From Albugo candida (taxonomy: Eukaryota): 64,000 bases of DNA. Made by a program: the position numbers and the translations under genes. Where the stretch lies: positions 186,001-250,000 of the forward strand of contig JBDOQK010000032.1 of NCBI GenBank assembly GCA_040437565.1, in the 5' to 3' direction. This document shows positions 1 through 11,408 of this stretch, one piece after another (positions within the stretch are counted from its first letter, which is position 1; every line of letters starts with the position of its first letter). The notes under the pieces are model-generated. The model did no database searches. It had not been told where the DNA came from and saw nothing but the letters and a program-made list of their open reading frames with translations.

Positions 1-120
1 CATTCCTTTCTTTCAACTTAAGCTTTGATTTGTTTACTAATTGGTAGTCGTGACGTGTGTCAAACACCAGAGTATAAACTATCGAGGGTTTTCAAGTAAA
101 ACATATTGTCTTAGAGCTCC

Positions 121-1023
121 ATGGCGCTCGAACTTCGTCGACGATGGAGTGATGAAAGTATTACATACAATCGACATTTATCACGCAGCTCTACTGAGTC
201 AACTTCTTCGAATCATCATCATCGTTCACCTTTTGTAACACATATTACTGCGAATTACGAGTGTAATGATGGCTCCGAAGGAAATGAACATCATTCTAGC
301 TGTATTCCGGACGATCAAGAATGCGTTATCTGTTTAGATACTCTTGTCAACTCGGGTCAAGCACTCTTCACAGCAGAATGTGGTCATCGGTATCACTTCA
401 ACTGTCTGCTGGAGAATATAAATCATGATGAAGCGAATTCTGACAAATGTCCGATTTGCCGCAAATCACAGCATGAATGGCCACATCAGACCAAAGGACT
501 CGTAAATGCGCACCCCTTCTGTACAAATTGTGGTAAAAGAGGGACCGGTGGTCAATTCTGCGATGGTTGCGGTCATTCACTGTCACATACACCTACCGCG
601 CGTGATCGTGCACGTGCCGCTGCGGCAGCGATTGCAGCAAGAAGCAGTATTGTTGTCGAGTGTCCAACGTGTCGTGTCCGCTGTCTAGTGAATACAAACG
701 CAAGAGGAACCCTGCAGTGCCCGAATGGTCATTTATTTCAAGTTCACGTTGCGAGCGGAAATGAAAATGCCCCCACCTCTGCTGGAAGCTCAATTAGACC
801 TTCTATGGGTGGTCCTCACAGCTTTCGACCGCCTCCCCAATTGCGTTCCAGCGCACCGCATACCGCCCCAAGTCATACTGCTGGACATCGTGAGTCGTTC
901 GGATCGAGTCGAGTGATAATGCGGCAGTGTCCGACTTGTTTTACTCACGTCCAGATGCCGCCAGGATCTCATACTGGCCAATACATGTGCCCTCATGGTC
1001 ATACATTTTACTACGCTCCGTAA
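121..1023 (+). CDS. RING-H2 zinc-finger protein (putative E3 ubiquitin ligase) with C-terminal zinc ribbons
   Basis: Single-exon 300-aa ORF. RING-H2 pattern CVICLD...FTAECGHRYHFNC...CPICR, followed by CTNCG...CDGCG (zinc ribbon) and two CPTC-x14-CPxGH modules. Confidence 0.85.
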   Translation: MALELRRRWSDESITYNRHLSRSSTESTSSNHHHRSPFVTHITANYECNDGSEGNEHHSSCIPDDQECVICLDTLVNSGQALFTAECGHRYHFNCLLENINHDEANSDKCPICRKSQHEWPHQTKGLVNAHPFCTNCGKRGTGGQFCDGCGHSLSHTPTARDRARAAAAAIAARSSIVVECPTCRVRCLVNTNARGTLQCPNGHLFQVHVASGNENAPTSAGSSIRPSMGGPHSFRPPPQLRSSAPHTAPSHTAGHRESFGSSRVIMRQCPTCFTHVQMPPGSHTGQYMCPHGHTFYYAP

Positions 1024-1135
1024 AAGTGCTCCTTTGGAATTACAAGAGTCTCACGTGTAGCAGTAGTGGTTCATTTTTTCCAATTTTTATCAGAGTTTAC
1101 GAATTCGATAGAAGAGAGAGAGATAACGAAAGATA

Positions 1136-4100
1136 TTATTCAGGTCCTTGGGAAATGAGAATATCGCCACAGATGAACGCATTCAGACCTTGTAACTTTT
1201 TGAGTGTGAGGTCCATGGGGTAGCTGTACATTTCGACATTCAAAGGCATCGAATTTGCGGTCCGTTGATCCACTTGGATATATGTCCAGCAAACAGGAAC
1301 AAACGCGTTTGCATCCGATATCACATCGCCGTCCAAAGTAGCAGTCGGAGGTGGAGGAGGTGTTGACATGGTGTTGCCTTGTTCCGTTGTGTATGAGGCT
1401 ATAGGAGAAAAAACTGATGCATCTTTCGGGGATACTGTGAGCTCGAAAACAACGCACGCGCCGTGTGGAAGATTCTCCAAAGGTGTTTGCATGTGCCAAG
1501 TAAACGACCACAACAGCGAGGACGACAATACAAGTGGCTGGATAGATACCTGCTGACGCATTTCCACAAGATTGCGCTGCAGACCAACAACGGAAATGAT
1601 TACACGTGGTCGATACAGATTTTGAGGGTTATCGAGACCGATAGATTCGATAAACACCGACACATACGAGCTGTGACGTATTTTTCCAGGCTCCTTCTGC
1701 AGGAATAGAAGCGGGACTTCCGCTTGATACGAATTTATGATTCCAGTATTTGCATTCGGACTCAAGCCTGCATTACCGGCGTTTGCGTTGGAATATTTTC
1801 TTTTCACAGCGCTCAAAAGAGCGCTTGACGATGCTGTTGTTCGCTGCAAAAAGCTGAGCGTTCGTTGCCTGCTGGAATTCGGTGACGTTGCGATTGGCTT
1901 GATTGCAAACGAGTTTGTTCGTGGAGAGGAACAAGAGACGCTAGATATGGCATTTTTAACCAGCACGGCCTTCAACTTTTGTACTTGAATCATCTCGCTC
2001 TCATTCAGTCCGGCTACAAGCGCTCCACGATCCAAAATGTGCTTTGCTAATGCATAATTATTGGCGTTCAACGCACACTTTAATGGACTCTGACCCATCC
2101 AATTATGGCTATTGATGTCTGCTCCATTTTCGATCAACCAAAGCGCAACTTTGATGAATTCAACCTTTACACTGCATGGAGCATGATGGCCAACACTTGT
2201 GCTTTCTGAGTCTTGCACATTCTGTTGCGTAAGAGCTGCAACCAAATGCAATGGCGAAGTGAATTCGTAAAGCTTGGCAGCATTCGGCAGCACACTTTGT
2301 CCCTTTCTTCCGACTTTACGCACAAGCAAATTGCAAATTCGCTTTCGTATTCCAAAATCAACGTATTCGAGCTTTCCGTATTTGGAAGCTCGATGCATCG
2401 CAAAAAGGCGAGACTCGATACTATTCGGGATTATGTTACGAAGCTGTCCTAGCCATTGTTGGATTTCCAGTTCACTGTCAGCAGCAAAATACAGTCGACC
2501 TTCTTTGTTCCGAGCACTAAGGAGATGAGGAGAATGAACTTCGAATGCGTAGGCGACGTCCATACTCTTTTTCACCAAAGCTGCCTCTAAAATTATTCTC
2601 CGAGAGTTTTTCACGTCGAGATGAGGTAACGTGGAAGCAAACTCGTTGGCATAGTATTCTAGCTCTGGTGATGCATTACCTACATCCAAAAGTACCACAT
2701 ACCGCTTCAACCATCGGGAGCTCTCACGGCGTTTTCGCAAATATCCGCTAAAAATGACTTTTTTCTCCTTCCCAGTGGGTGTATTGTCAGATGGAGAATC
2801 GGAAGGAAGCTCCAATGCCTTGGTTTCCATAGGTCGAACCTCCAGTGATGGCTTCAATTTTTGCTCGAGTTGCTGTATCTGAGTAAGGAGAAACTTGGCG
2901 ATTTCGTATTGTCCGTTCGCACAAGCTTCATGAAAAGCGGTGCGACCCAAGAGATTGATGTCATAGAACAGACGCTGCGCTTCTGGTTCATCATCTCGCA
3001 AAAGCTCGAAAATATACTTTACGACATGGAGGTCACCACATATGGCTGCGTGGTGCAATAAAGAGTTGTATCCATAACGCTTAGGCTGAAGGTACAAGAA
3101 TATTTGCGGCTGCTCGCGTAGCTTTCGGATACGGAACTCATAGCCTTCTACTTTGTCATGGTACTGCATCGTCGATGGTACCTGATCTTGCAACACGTTC
3201 GGCAAAGTCTGTGGATAGAAGCTTTGGTCACCGTACAGCATGTCGACTTGCTGTTGCCAGCGCCTCGTACGAATGAATCGTCTCCAAATACATTGAATGC
3301 GACGAACTGCCCGACGGGTTTTTCGGAAATGCTTTTGCAAACACCAGCTCTTGAGTCGATTTTGAATGCACATTATCGCGACGTAGCTTCGAAGATATTT
3401 TCTACGAGCTAGCCATCCTCTGATATTATAATGCAATTTGCATTGGGCTTGTCGACGACAATTCGCAAGCTTGCTTGCCATTCGCTGTCGCTGGAAGCTT
3501 TGTATGCGAATAATATGTTTTCGAAGGTCAAGGAAATGCTTCCGGTCCAAGTAACCACGAACGTGAGATTGCATGATCACAACCCGAGTCTTCAGTCGCC
3601 GAAAGCGTTGGCGTTGCAGCCATTGGCGTACTGTTGACTCAAGAACAATGGAAGCTTTTTTGTTCCGCAGGTACATCCGACGATACATTGTAGCACGATA
3701 TTTCGATTGGATTCGGATGATTAATGTACGCACATGGCGATATGCGTTCAATTTTTTCTGCATCCGATACCATTTTTGTAACTTTAATGTGGCATTGTAC
3801 TGCAACCGACGATGTCGCTCTACTCGAGTACGAATTAAATAAGCTCGCGTCCAGTGCGTGAGTGTTGTAGCAGCTTTCTTCTCTCGGATGTGTCGTTTAT
3901 ATCGTTGGTGTGTCAAATAACGTTGAACCAGCCAATACACTTTGTTGGCAGCATTTCGAAGACGAAGAAACGATCGTCGAACGTTGAATCCCCTGTACTT
4001 TGCTTGGATGTGGATACTGCTATTTTTTTGCTTGAGAAAGCAATGCCGGACGCAATGCATCCGCCACAGAGCCTGAAAGACCAGCATACCAGCCTTCATA

Positions 4101-7100
4101 TATCGATACTTTTTATATGCTATGCGTCCGCGTCCTAAAACTGCCTGCAAGCGTGTTGCTCTCTGACACAACAGCGCGGCTACATAGGACTCTAACCTTT
4201 CCACTTGACCATATCGAAGAAAAATCTCTTGACGACCCATTGCAAATAAGCGTTTCCCAGCAACTGGTTTGGCAACTTGCGTGTCATTTTTGGTTCCAAG
4301 GAACGGATCATTCGCTCTTTGTAGAAACTGGGTAGCAATGGATTCACACACTTGGCGACACTTGTGTGGATCAGTCTTACATTCTGCGGTATCAGAAATT
4401 TTCAACTGAATTGCTAGAGGCCAAAACAATTCGTAAAACACCCGAAAGCGTTTTCGAATGGGGAAGCCTTCTTGGCGAATTCGAACAACTTCGAGAACGC
4501 CGCTGTATATCAACTGGTCCCGTACGAGCTCGCAGCTGAAGCCTCCAGGAAATTTGAGATTGTTCGGCTTGATGCATTTGATATAATTTGGGGATGTAGA
4601 CCACAACACTTCCATCAGTTCTGCCAACTGTGTTCGAAATCGACTCGTCACAGTCATCGTACCCGTTAGAGAAGCACTCTGAGCTCGCTTCGCTGCCGAA
4701 GTTGGTGAAAGGAGACTTGATGATGCATTATCCGATATGGTTGATCTTCGATTGGAAGTAGGGGGAGGCTGGAAAATGGCACGAAGAATGGGGTGGGTAC
4801 TATGCCGGAGTAGATTTAGAAGATCGTCATGAAGGTTATCGGTGTTTTTTGCAAGGAACCCATGGACATCATACGCAACTTCACCGGCGTAATGGCGGAT
4901 GACAAACTCATCGCACTCGAAACGGGGCTTTTTGTAATGTCCGTGCTTTTCGAGATGTGTCGTATGGTAAATTGTCAACAATTGTTTATCAGTTGTTGTC
5001 TTTCGCTTCAGTAGCATTTGCTCTTCAAGCAGCGGTAGTAATCCTTGTGGAGGCTTTTGTATCAGGTCCAAGCACAATTGATTATCTTGAAACTCGATGG
5101 CGTTAAACTCAATCCCTTCCTGTGCATACCGCTCTTGCTCTAGAACGAAAACGTGCTTGTTAAACTGCTGTTGGAGCATCTCATTTGTAAAGTTTATGCA
5201 AAGTTGCTCTAGGCTGTTCTTTGCCATTATTTCAAAGCCAAAGATATCCAATATTCCAATGAAAGACACTTTTGGAGAAGAATTTGACTTCCCGGATTGC
5301 GATGTAGGGCCTTTCAGCCCCGCTATTTGATCCCCTGCCTGTACGGTTTGTTGTTTGGCGTACGCATTGATTCGAGATATCAGGTGATTAAACACCTCAC
5401 CGTACAAGTATTTGCAGAACGCATCCAGTGCATTCTTAGCTTGATCTGGGGTGAGTTTGATCTCCAGTATACTTCCTCGACCGGTGATTGTTGTTTGAGT
5501 GACCATTTTTTTCATAAAATCACTCGCAGGTATACCCAATAGGGAAGAAACAAACTCGGATGTGATTCCACCGTTACCTTCGTATAGAGATTGTGGACAT
5601 TCATTTTCATCCGGGAACACCGCGCGTGTTATATCATCTTGGTAGCTAGACTGAGTACTTCCATTCGAAGCATCTTGCAACTCGACTGGCTCGAATTGGA
5701 CATTTCCCAAATGCAAAATCGCCGCAAGAATCTCAAACATTGGCATCTGAAATTCATCCATGGTCATTCCAAGCTGATCCATACAGGCACAAAGTTGAGC
5801 AAACTCGGCAATATCATCCACTCCATCGATTTCAACACACTCTCCCAAACTAGTAAAATTGTACCTCCATACATCCTGATGGAGCCTCAAACGCTTTCGT
5901 CTAGATAACCTCCCTACTTCACGCTCGTGGTTTTGCACACTCATATCATTGCTGTATCCCAAGCCAGCAATGAGCTGGTAAAAGATATGATAATTTCGTT
6001 CATTTGCTGGAGGCAAGACAAGTCTCGTTTTTTCCAGCAAGAAATGGCGTATAGATACCATTATCATTCGACCTTGTGAATTGTAATGTATCTGTATATA
6101 CTTCCCAAAGCGACTGGAATTATCGTTCCTCGACGTTTTTGCGTTGCCAAATGACTCCAAAATCAGATTTGAGAGCATGACGCATTCCTCGATTTTTTCA
6201 TGTGCGTTTGTGCTGTCCAGGGATGCGCTTGATCCGACGGGATTGGACGACAATTTGCTTGCAGTTGCAAGATATTTCATAATGTATTTTGAGGCCTCTG
6301 TCTTACCAGCTCCGCTTTCTCCACTAATTATGATCGACTGTGGAGTGCCAGTACCCAATATAACGCCTTTCATGTTGGTGTATGCATTTTCAGCAATTGT
6401 AAATAAATGAGGTGGACGCCTTGAACCATCGAGATTGCTTGGAATAGTACCTTGGCTACGATTTTGCTGCAATTCTGCATCCGTGCGTTCCTTGGCATCC
6501 AAAAGCCTACTAATTCCTTGCTGCTGCATATACACACCAACATCGTATAGCAATGGAATTATTTTATAAGGATTAATGGATATCAAAATGTCTGCTGTGA
6601 ATGTGTAAATGACATTTTGCTCGAATCGCTGTCTTAAGACATTCAAAAGAGGAGCTTCATGCATGTTATTCATTTGTGCAATATCGTCGTGATTGATTAC
6701 GTGAGAAGGATCAAAAGCGTACACTTTATTATGCGGAAACCATTGGAGATTGTTTCCCAACGCATCAGGGATGTAGATCTGCACTTGTGATAATTGAGAA
6801 TCAGTTTTTCCAAAGTTCTCGAACTTGGACTGAGAAATGGGATTTATATCTGATTCGCTTACAATCATTTGAATCTCTCCTATTCTCCATAAAACCTGAG
6901 GGTCTTGTACCCAGACCTTTTGACCTATATGAGCATGTCCGGGAGCAAGTTGACCGACAGCTGGAGAAGAAGCAGTCGGTTCATTATTGGCGATCATTTC
7001 ATTTTGCTGATTGATTTTTGCATCTTTCAGTGCATGCACAGGTTTCGAAGAAGATGAAGCTGTGCTTCGTGGGACACTGTCGGAAGTAGAGGATCTCCTG

Positions 7101-7105
7101 AACAT
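1136..7105 (-). CDS. Unconventional myosin: motor, multiple IQ motifs, ankyrin repeats, PH domain, ankyrin repeats, C-terminal Aida/C2-like domain
   Basis: 1989-aa intronless ORF. P-loop GESGAGKT, switch I NDNSSRFGK, switch II DIFGFE, many IQxxxRGxxxR motifs, ankyrin motifs (SLLHHAA, GRTAFHEAC, GQSPLKCAL), PH motif GYLRKR...WLKRYVVL...EIQQWL, and a C-terminal WHMQTPLENL/C2-like segment. Confidence 0.95.
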   Translation of the reverse strand: MFRRSSTSDSVPRSTASSSSKPVHALKDAKINQQNEMIANNEPTASSPAVGQLAPGHAHIGQKVWVQDPQVLWRIGEIQMIVSESDINPISQSKFENFGKTDSQLSQVQIYIPDALGNNLQWFPHNKVYAFDPSHVINHDDIAQMNNMHEAPLLNVLRQRFEQNVIYTFTADILISINPYKIIPLLYDVGVYMQQQGISRLLDAKERTDAELQQNRSQGTIPSNLDGSRRPPHLFTIAENAYTNMKGVILGTGTPQSIIISGESGAGKTEASKYIMKYLATASKLSSNPVGSSASLDSTNAHEKIEECVMLSNLILESFGNAKTSRNDNSSRFGKYIQIHYNSQGRMIMVSIRHFLLEKTRLVLPPANERNYHIFYQLIAGLGYSNDMSVQNHEREVGRLSRRKRLRLHQDVWRYNFTSLGECVEIDGVDDIAEFAQLCACMDQLGMTMDEFQMPMFEILAAILHLGNVQFEPVELQDASNGSTQSSYQDDITRAVFPDENECPQSLYEGNGGITSEFVSSLLGIPASDFMKKMVTQTTITGRGSILEIKLTPDQAKNALDAFCKYLYGEVFNHLISRINAYAKQQTVQAGDQIAGLKGPTSQSGKSNSSPKVSFIGILDIFGFEIMAKNSLEQLCINFTNEMLQQQFNKHVFVLEQERYAQEGIEFNAIEFQDNQLCLDLIQKPPQGLLPLLEEQMLLKRKTTTDKQLLTIYHTTHLEKHGHYKKPRFECDEFVIRHYAGEVAYDVHGFLAKNTDNLHDDLLNLLRHSTHPILRAIFQPPPTSNRRSTISDNASSSLLSPTSAAKRAQSASLTGTMTVTSRFRTQLAELMEVLWSTSPNYIKCIKPNNLKFPGGFSCELVRDQLIYSGVLEVVRIRQEGFPIRKRFRVFYELFWPLAIQLKISDTAECKTDPHKCRQVCESIATQFLQRANDPFLGTKNDTQVAKPVAGKRLFAMGRQEIFLRYGQVERLESYVAALLCQRATRLQAVLGRGRIAYKKYRYMKAGMLVFQALWRMHCVRHCFLKQKNSSIHIQAKYRGFNVRRSFLRLRNAANKVYWLVQRYLTHQRYKRHIREKKAATTLTHWTRAYLIRTRVERHRRLQYNATLKLQKWYRMQKKLNAYRHVRTLIIRIQSKYRATMYRRMYLRNKKASIVLESTVRQWLQRQRFRRLKTRVVIMQSHVRGYLDRKHFLDLRKHIIRIQSFQRQRMASKLANCRRQAQCKLHYNIRGWLARRKYLRSYVAIMCIQNRLKSWCLQKHFRKTRRAVRRIQCIWRRFIRTRRWQQQVDMLYGDQSFYPQTLPNVLQDQVPSTMQYHDKVEGYEFRIRKLREQPQIFLYLQPKRYGYNSLLHHAAICGDLHVVKYIFELLRDDEPEAQRLFYDINLLGRTAFHEACANGQYEIAKFLLTQIQQLEQKLKPSLEVRPMETKALELPSDSPSDNTPTGKEKKVIFSGYLRKRRESSRWLKRYVVLLDVGNASPELEYYANEFASTLPHLDVKNSRRIILEAALVKKSMDVAYAFEVHSPHLLSARNKEGRLYFAADSELEIQQWLGQLRNIIPNSIESRLFAMHRASKYGKLEYVDFGIRKRICNLLVRKVGRKGQSVLPNAAKLYEFTSPLHLVAALTQQNVQDSESTSVGHHAPCSVKVEFIKVALWLIENGADINSHNWMGQSPLKCALNANNYALAKHILDRGALVAGLNESEMIQVQKLKAVLVKNAISSVSCSSPRTNSFAIKPIATSPNSSRQRTLSFLQRTTASSSALLSAVKRKYSNANAGNAGLSPNANTGIINSYQAEVPLLFLQKEPGKIRHSSYVSVFIESIGLDNPQNLYRPRVIISVVGLQRNLVEMRQQVSIQPLVLSSSLLWSFTWHMQTPLENLPHGACVVFELTVSPKDASVFSPIASYTTEQGNTMSTPPPPPTATLDGDVISDANAFVPVCWTYIQVDQRTANSMPLNVEMYSYPMDLTLKKLQGLNAFICGDILISQGPE

Positions 7106-7610
7106 GTTAAAAAAGCGATAATCTAAGCGACGGATCCTTCATACAGGAAGAGTGTCGTTTCAGGATCGCTACCTTGTGTTAGGAAACAAACAGTAGTAAT
7201 GTATTGCATTGTTTATATTGTTACAAACACTTGGTATAATATCTGTAAACCGGCTTCATTGCTTGGCATATGTTCTTTTTTTGCTCCAATTGATAGAGTA
7301 CGGTATGTATATACAGGTGGTCGTAAGGAGCACTCAGCCTTGCGTGTAAGGGGGTCGTTAGTGCAAATCTTCAAGTCGCAACCCTGCCTAGCTTTTACAG
7401 TTTCAATATATAGATTAGTATCAACAACCGGAAAGCCCACGATCGTGTGGACGACCGGAAGCAACGCATTTGAATCAAATCGCAATTTCCATAAAAAGAG
7501 GCACACACCGCACTGTGACGTTGATATTTCTAGTCATTTTGTCACCGTTCTTTATAGTTCGTTTCACAAATTAAGAGGTGGTCAAGTGGTAAACTCGTTC
7601 ATTGACCATT

Positions 7611-8732
7611 ATGTTATCTTTTGACAAAGCAATCGACCTTGTCCGAAATGTGACACAAGACTCTATGGCAAGACCAGAAATGCGTACACCACAAGGTCAG
7701 ACGTGGACGAGAACTGATTCGAACAATGTGGATGCGCCAGCCAGCAAACAACGTCGTCGTTTTGTGAAGCCTGGTTTAGGTGGTTACGAACTACATATTC
7801 ATCGTCGACGTTTTGGTCGCCGTCTATTTCATAGTTTGGTGAATGCAGATCTTGATAACATTCATCAGGTCGAGAAGAATGATAAAGAGGATTCAGAAGT
7901 CTCATCATTTTCTATATTCATGAAGAACGTGAATGAGGCTGATGTACCCGAATTGGTCGATGAAGACCTGGTTCATGTAGCACATCAGGGTGACGAAGGC
8001 AGCAATACAATCGACGAAGTTGATATCGATAGTCCCTTGAGTCTGAAAACCGAAAATGACTTTGACACAGACCCATCTATGCATACTACTTCGTTGAAGC
8101 GTTCATGTCGAGGCTCTAGAAATCTCTTCAGCAGGTTACCAAATTGTGACGGATTACAAGGAATAGAAAACCCACGTGCAAAGTATCTCCTGGCGTCTCC
8201 CGACACATTGGAAGATGATTCAAGCAATTCCGAAACTCCGTACAGTTGCGTTGAAGAAATTGTGACAGATGATCTTGACGCAGTATCACTATTGATTGAT
8301 GATGATGATAAATTTGTCGAGACTTCTTTCCAAAAAGCTCATGATCCCGATTTTGATCGTCTTAACACGGATAATTGTACACGTAAACCTGAGGGTATCA
8401 AAATCAGCTACAATGCGTCCGACGACAATCTTGTGACATTCTTAGGTGGCTTTCGTGGTCAAGCACCATGTACTCGTAAAATGAATCGATCCAGTGCAAT
8501 CCGTGGATATCGACGCAGAATGGCTGAAGACCGCAAGTGTTCTTTCGAGCTTCAGCAACGTTTGAACGAAGCATTTGCTCGAATCCCGCCTGAGTTCCGG
8601 GCTACTATATCGTGTCAGAAGAAAAGTGATGAATCGACTCATAGAGCAAAAACTGGCTCCAGAAACGTTACATTTGATTCGCAATTATATATTCGATACT
8701 TTGAATGCGAAGATACTTCGATTAGTCAGTGA
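7611..8732 (+). CDS. Hypothetical acidic, probably disordered protein with a C-terminal RVxF-like motif
   Basis: Uninterrupted ORF of about 373 aa from the first ATG (7611), divergent from the myosin. D/E/S-rich, ends in RNVTFDSQLYIRYF. Confidence 0.7.
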   Translation: MLSFDKAIDLVRNVTQDSMARPEMRTPQGQTWTRTDSNNVDAPASKQRRRFVKPGLGGYELHIHRRRFGRRLFHSLVNADLDNIHQVEKNDKEDSEVSSFSIFMKNVNEADVPELVDEDLVHVAHQGDEGSNTIDEVDIDSPLSLKTENDFDTDPSMHTTSLKRSCRGSRNLFSRLPNCDGLQGIENPRAKYLLASPDTLEDDSSNSETPYSCVEEIVTDDLDAVSLLIDDDDKFVETSFQKAHDPDFDRLNTDNCTRKPEGIKISYNASDDNLVTFLGGFRGQAPCTRKMNRSSAIRGYRRRMAEDRKCSFELQQRLNEAFARIPPEFRATISCQKKSDESTHRAKTGSRNVTFDSQLYIRYFECEDTSISQ

Positions 8733-9624
8733 GTAGTAGACATAGGATTTGGTAGCTTAACAAATATTTATTTATACCTGTAGGCACAAAGCCCAACTCG
8801 TGCTATTATAAGATATCCGCTCGCTACTAAAAAATGGAAGTTGATTCTAGCATGATAAAGATCACAAGATCATGAATCTAGCAACTGTTTTGATCTGACC
8901 ATCGGTCAGCTCCCTAATGAAGGACGTCTTCCCGTTTGTCCTGCAGTGTACACTTTACGTGAGAGTAAGAAGGAACCCTAGCACAGGGGGTAGTTCCCGC
9001 AGTAGCATAAACACGATTAGACATAGCTAAAGGGTACATTCTGAGCTAATTATTGCTTGAAATGAAACAGAGTCAACATAAAACCAGAAAGGCACCCAAA
9101 TTTTCGCTGAAAAGGAAGAAACTTAAGTATGTTCGACACTGTCAGGCTGGCCTCGACAGAACGGGAAAGATCGACCGAATTCTACCTAGCGGCACACCGT
9201 TGAAACTCAGTGACATACGAAACCGATCAAGCACTATAGAATTTTGGCTATGCTTCCTTCAAATGAGTCTATCGACTAGGCAGCGGAAATCGTACTTCCA
9301 GATCAGAGCACCACACCTGTTGTATTTAGACCACAGCGAGGCACCCACATAGAATCGCTCTCTATCAATCATTAAAGCTTTAATCTAATTTCAAAATGTT
9401 CAGAGCGGAGAGGACAAACTATGAGTGAGCAGAGAGTGACAACATCTATAATCTCGCTTTTATTTTCCCTGGAAAAGTCAATAATCGGCTTCAAGGTGAA
9501 TTTTATCGGTATCAATTTCCAATAACGAGCACTCTCACTCTCATGTCTGGCTATTCCGATGCCTTGAGTTGTTTGCTGGCTTAATTGCACATTTCAATCC
9601 CGTGGCAAGTTCATTGAATTGATG

Positions 9625-11212
9625 TTATTCACATACGCCATCGTGTGACATCAAATAGGCGATCACGTCTTGAGCATAACGAGAAATGTCGTCATCGTCA
9701 TCGAAATTTTGCTGCTCCGTTTCTTTCATTTCTTTCATCGTGAGTCTGAATAATGGGACCACCTTTTCAGCAAGGCGCTTATAGTGCATGCATACTTGCT
9801 TTTCACCTCGGATAAAAAATAATGCCTGTATTCGATTTGAATACAATGGGTATTCTTTCGAATTCAAAATCGCCTGATCTTCTTCCAGAGTTGTAGGGTA
9901 TTGATTGAGTTGTGTCTCTGCCAGCATTTTAAGTAAATTTAGTGCTGCAATCTCATTTTTGAACGATATCGGAGGCGATGCATGAGCCGGACTTCGCATT
10001 TTCATGCTCGAGAATTCATATTCCGTGGCTACAATCAGCCTCGCGAAACTGAAACCTTCTCTTGTGTTTGAATCTGAGTGTGAACAACTCAGTCGAGCAT
10101 TCATTGTGAATATACCACTTTCATGAAGATATGAGGTCTTGTCGTACAGTAATTGGCCATCCGCGGGATCCAACTGAAAATCAACCATAATTTCGTTGGG
10201 ATTGCTGCCATCCTCTTCCGTATTATCTTCTACCGCAAAGCCATAATTTAACAGAAAACGATGATTACATTTCTTTCCATATGAATCGTAGACTTGAGCT
10301 CCGGAGCAGATCGATTCTAGCGACGTTATCGTAAACCCATCCAACTTCTGATCGAAGGTCCAGCTACAGATTGCATATTCGCACACTCAGGTATGAAAAG
10401 ACACAAAACCCATTTCTCACCTTGTTTCTCGTGGACGATAATGATTCAACATGTCTGCAAAGGGAACTAGTGCAGCAGTCTTCACTCCGTCGATCGTCAA
10501 GCCAAAGTTTCGACTGCAGACAATCATGCGAGCCCAAGAAAATCGTTCTAAAGAAAACCGAGAAAATGATGGATCCACCTAAATATTAACCAGCATGTAA
10601 CTAAGTCAGTTTTTTCAAGTCAGATCATCATTGTGGTACCCTGCAGATGGTGTCATAATCTTTTCTAATTGCCGCTTTTCGTTCTTGTATCTGATGTACA
10701 ATGTAAGATCCTTGCAGCCATTTTAGTTCGTCGTTGGACCAGAATATCGGCATATTTTTTAAAGTGGAGGGAAGAGTGCTATAGTAGTATCTGAAAAATG
10801 TTTGGTCCATCTTGATTGAAATACATAGAAATGTTACAAAAAAGCTGCTGCAATTACGTAAGCGCATGTGTTCTACCTTCTCCATGTCAGTCAGCAGATA
10901 AAGCATTAAAAAGATGTGCTTTGGCGCCACAAACTCAATATTGTGCGCCAAGACTTTCTGTCCAATCTCAGTTTGTTTGCCCATTTCGACTGTTATAAGA
11001 CAATTCTTTGGAATGAACAATATACGTTCTCCTGGGACGAGCTCATTTCGACAGTGCACTCCCCTAACTTCAGGTGCATATTGCTGTAGCATCAACTTCT
11101 TCGTGTCTGCACCCTGATTCTCTAACCACTCTATTAGCTCCACCCCCACAACATCTTTCTCCACGTCAGCTACATCTTCCATTATGACTCGATCCGAATT
11201 GACGGTAGCATT
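9625..11212 (-). other. Partial duplicate of the SET gene (assembly overlap, 1784-bp offset)
   Basis: 9529-11212 reads the same as 11313-12996 across the 100-N gap, and the translated ORFs are identical. Confidence 0.85.
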
Positions 11213-11408
11213 NNNNNNNNNNNNNNNNNNNNNNNNNNNNNNNNNNNNNNNNNNNNNNNNNNNNNNNNNNNNNNNNNNNNNNNNNNNNNNNNNNNNNNNN
11301 NNNNNNNNNNNNGCACTCTCACTCTCATGTCTGGCTATTCCGATGCCTTGAGTTGTTTGCTGGCTTAATTGCACATTTCAATCCCGTGGCAAGTTCATTG
11401 AATTGATG

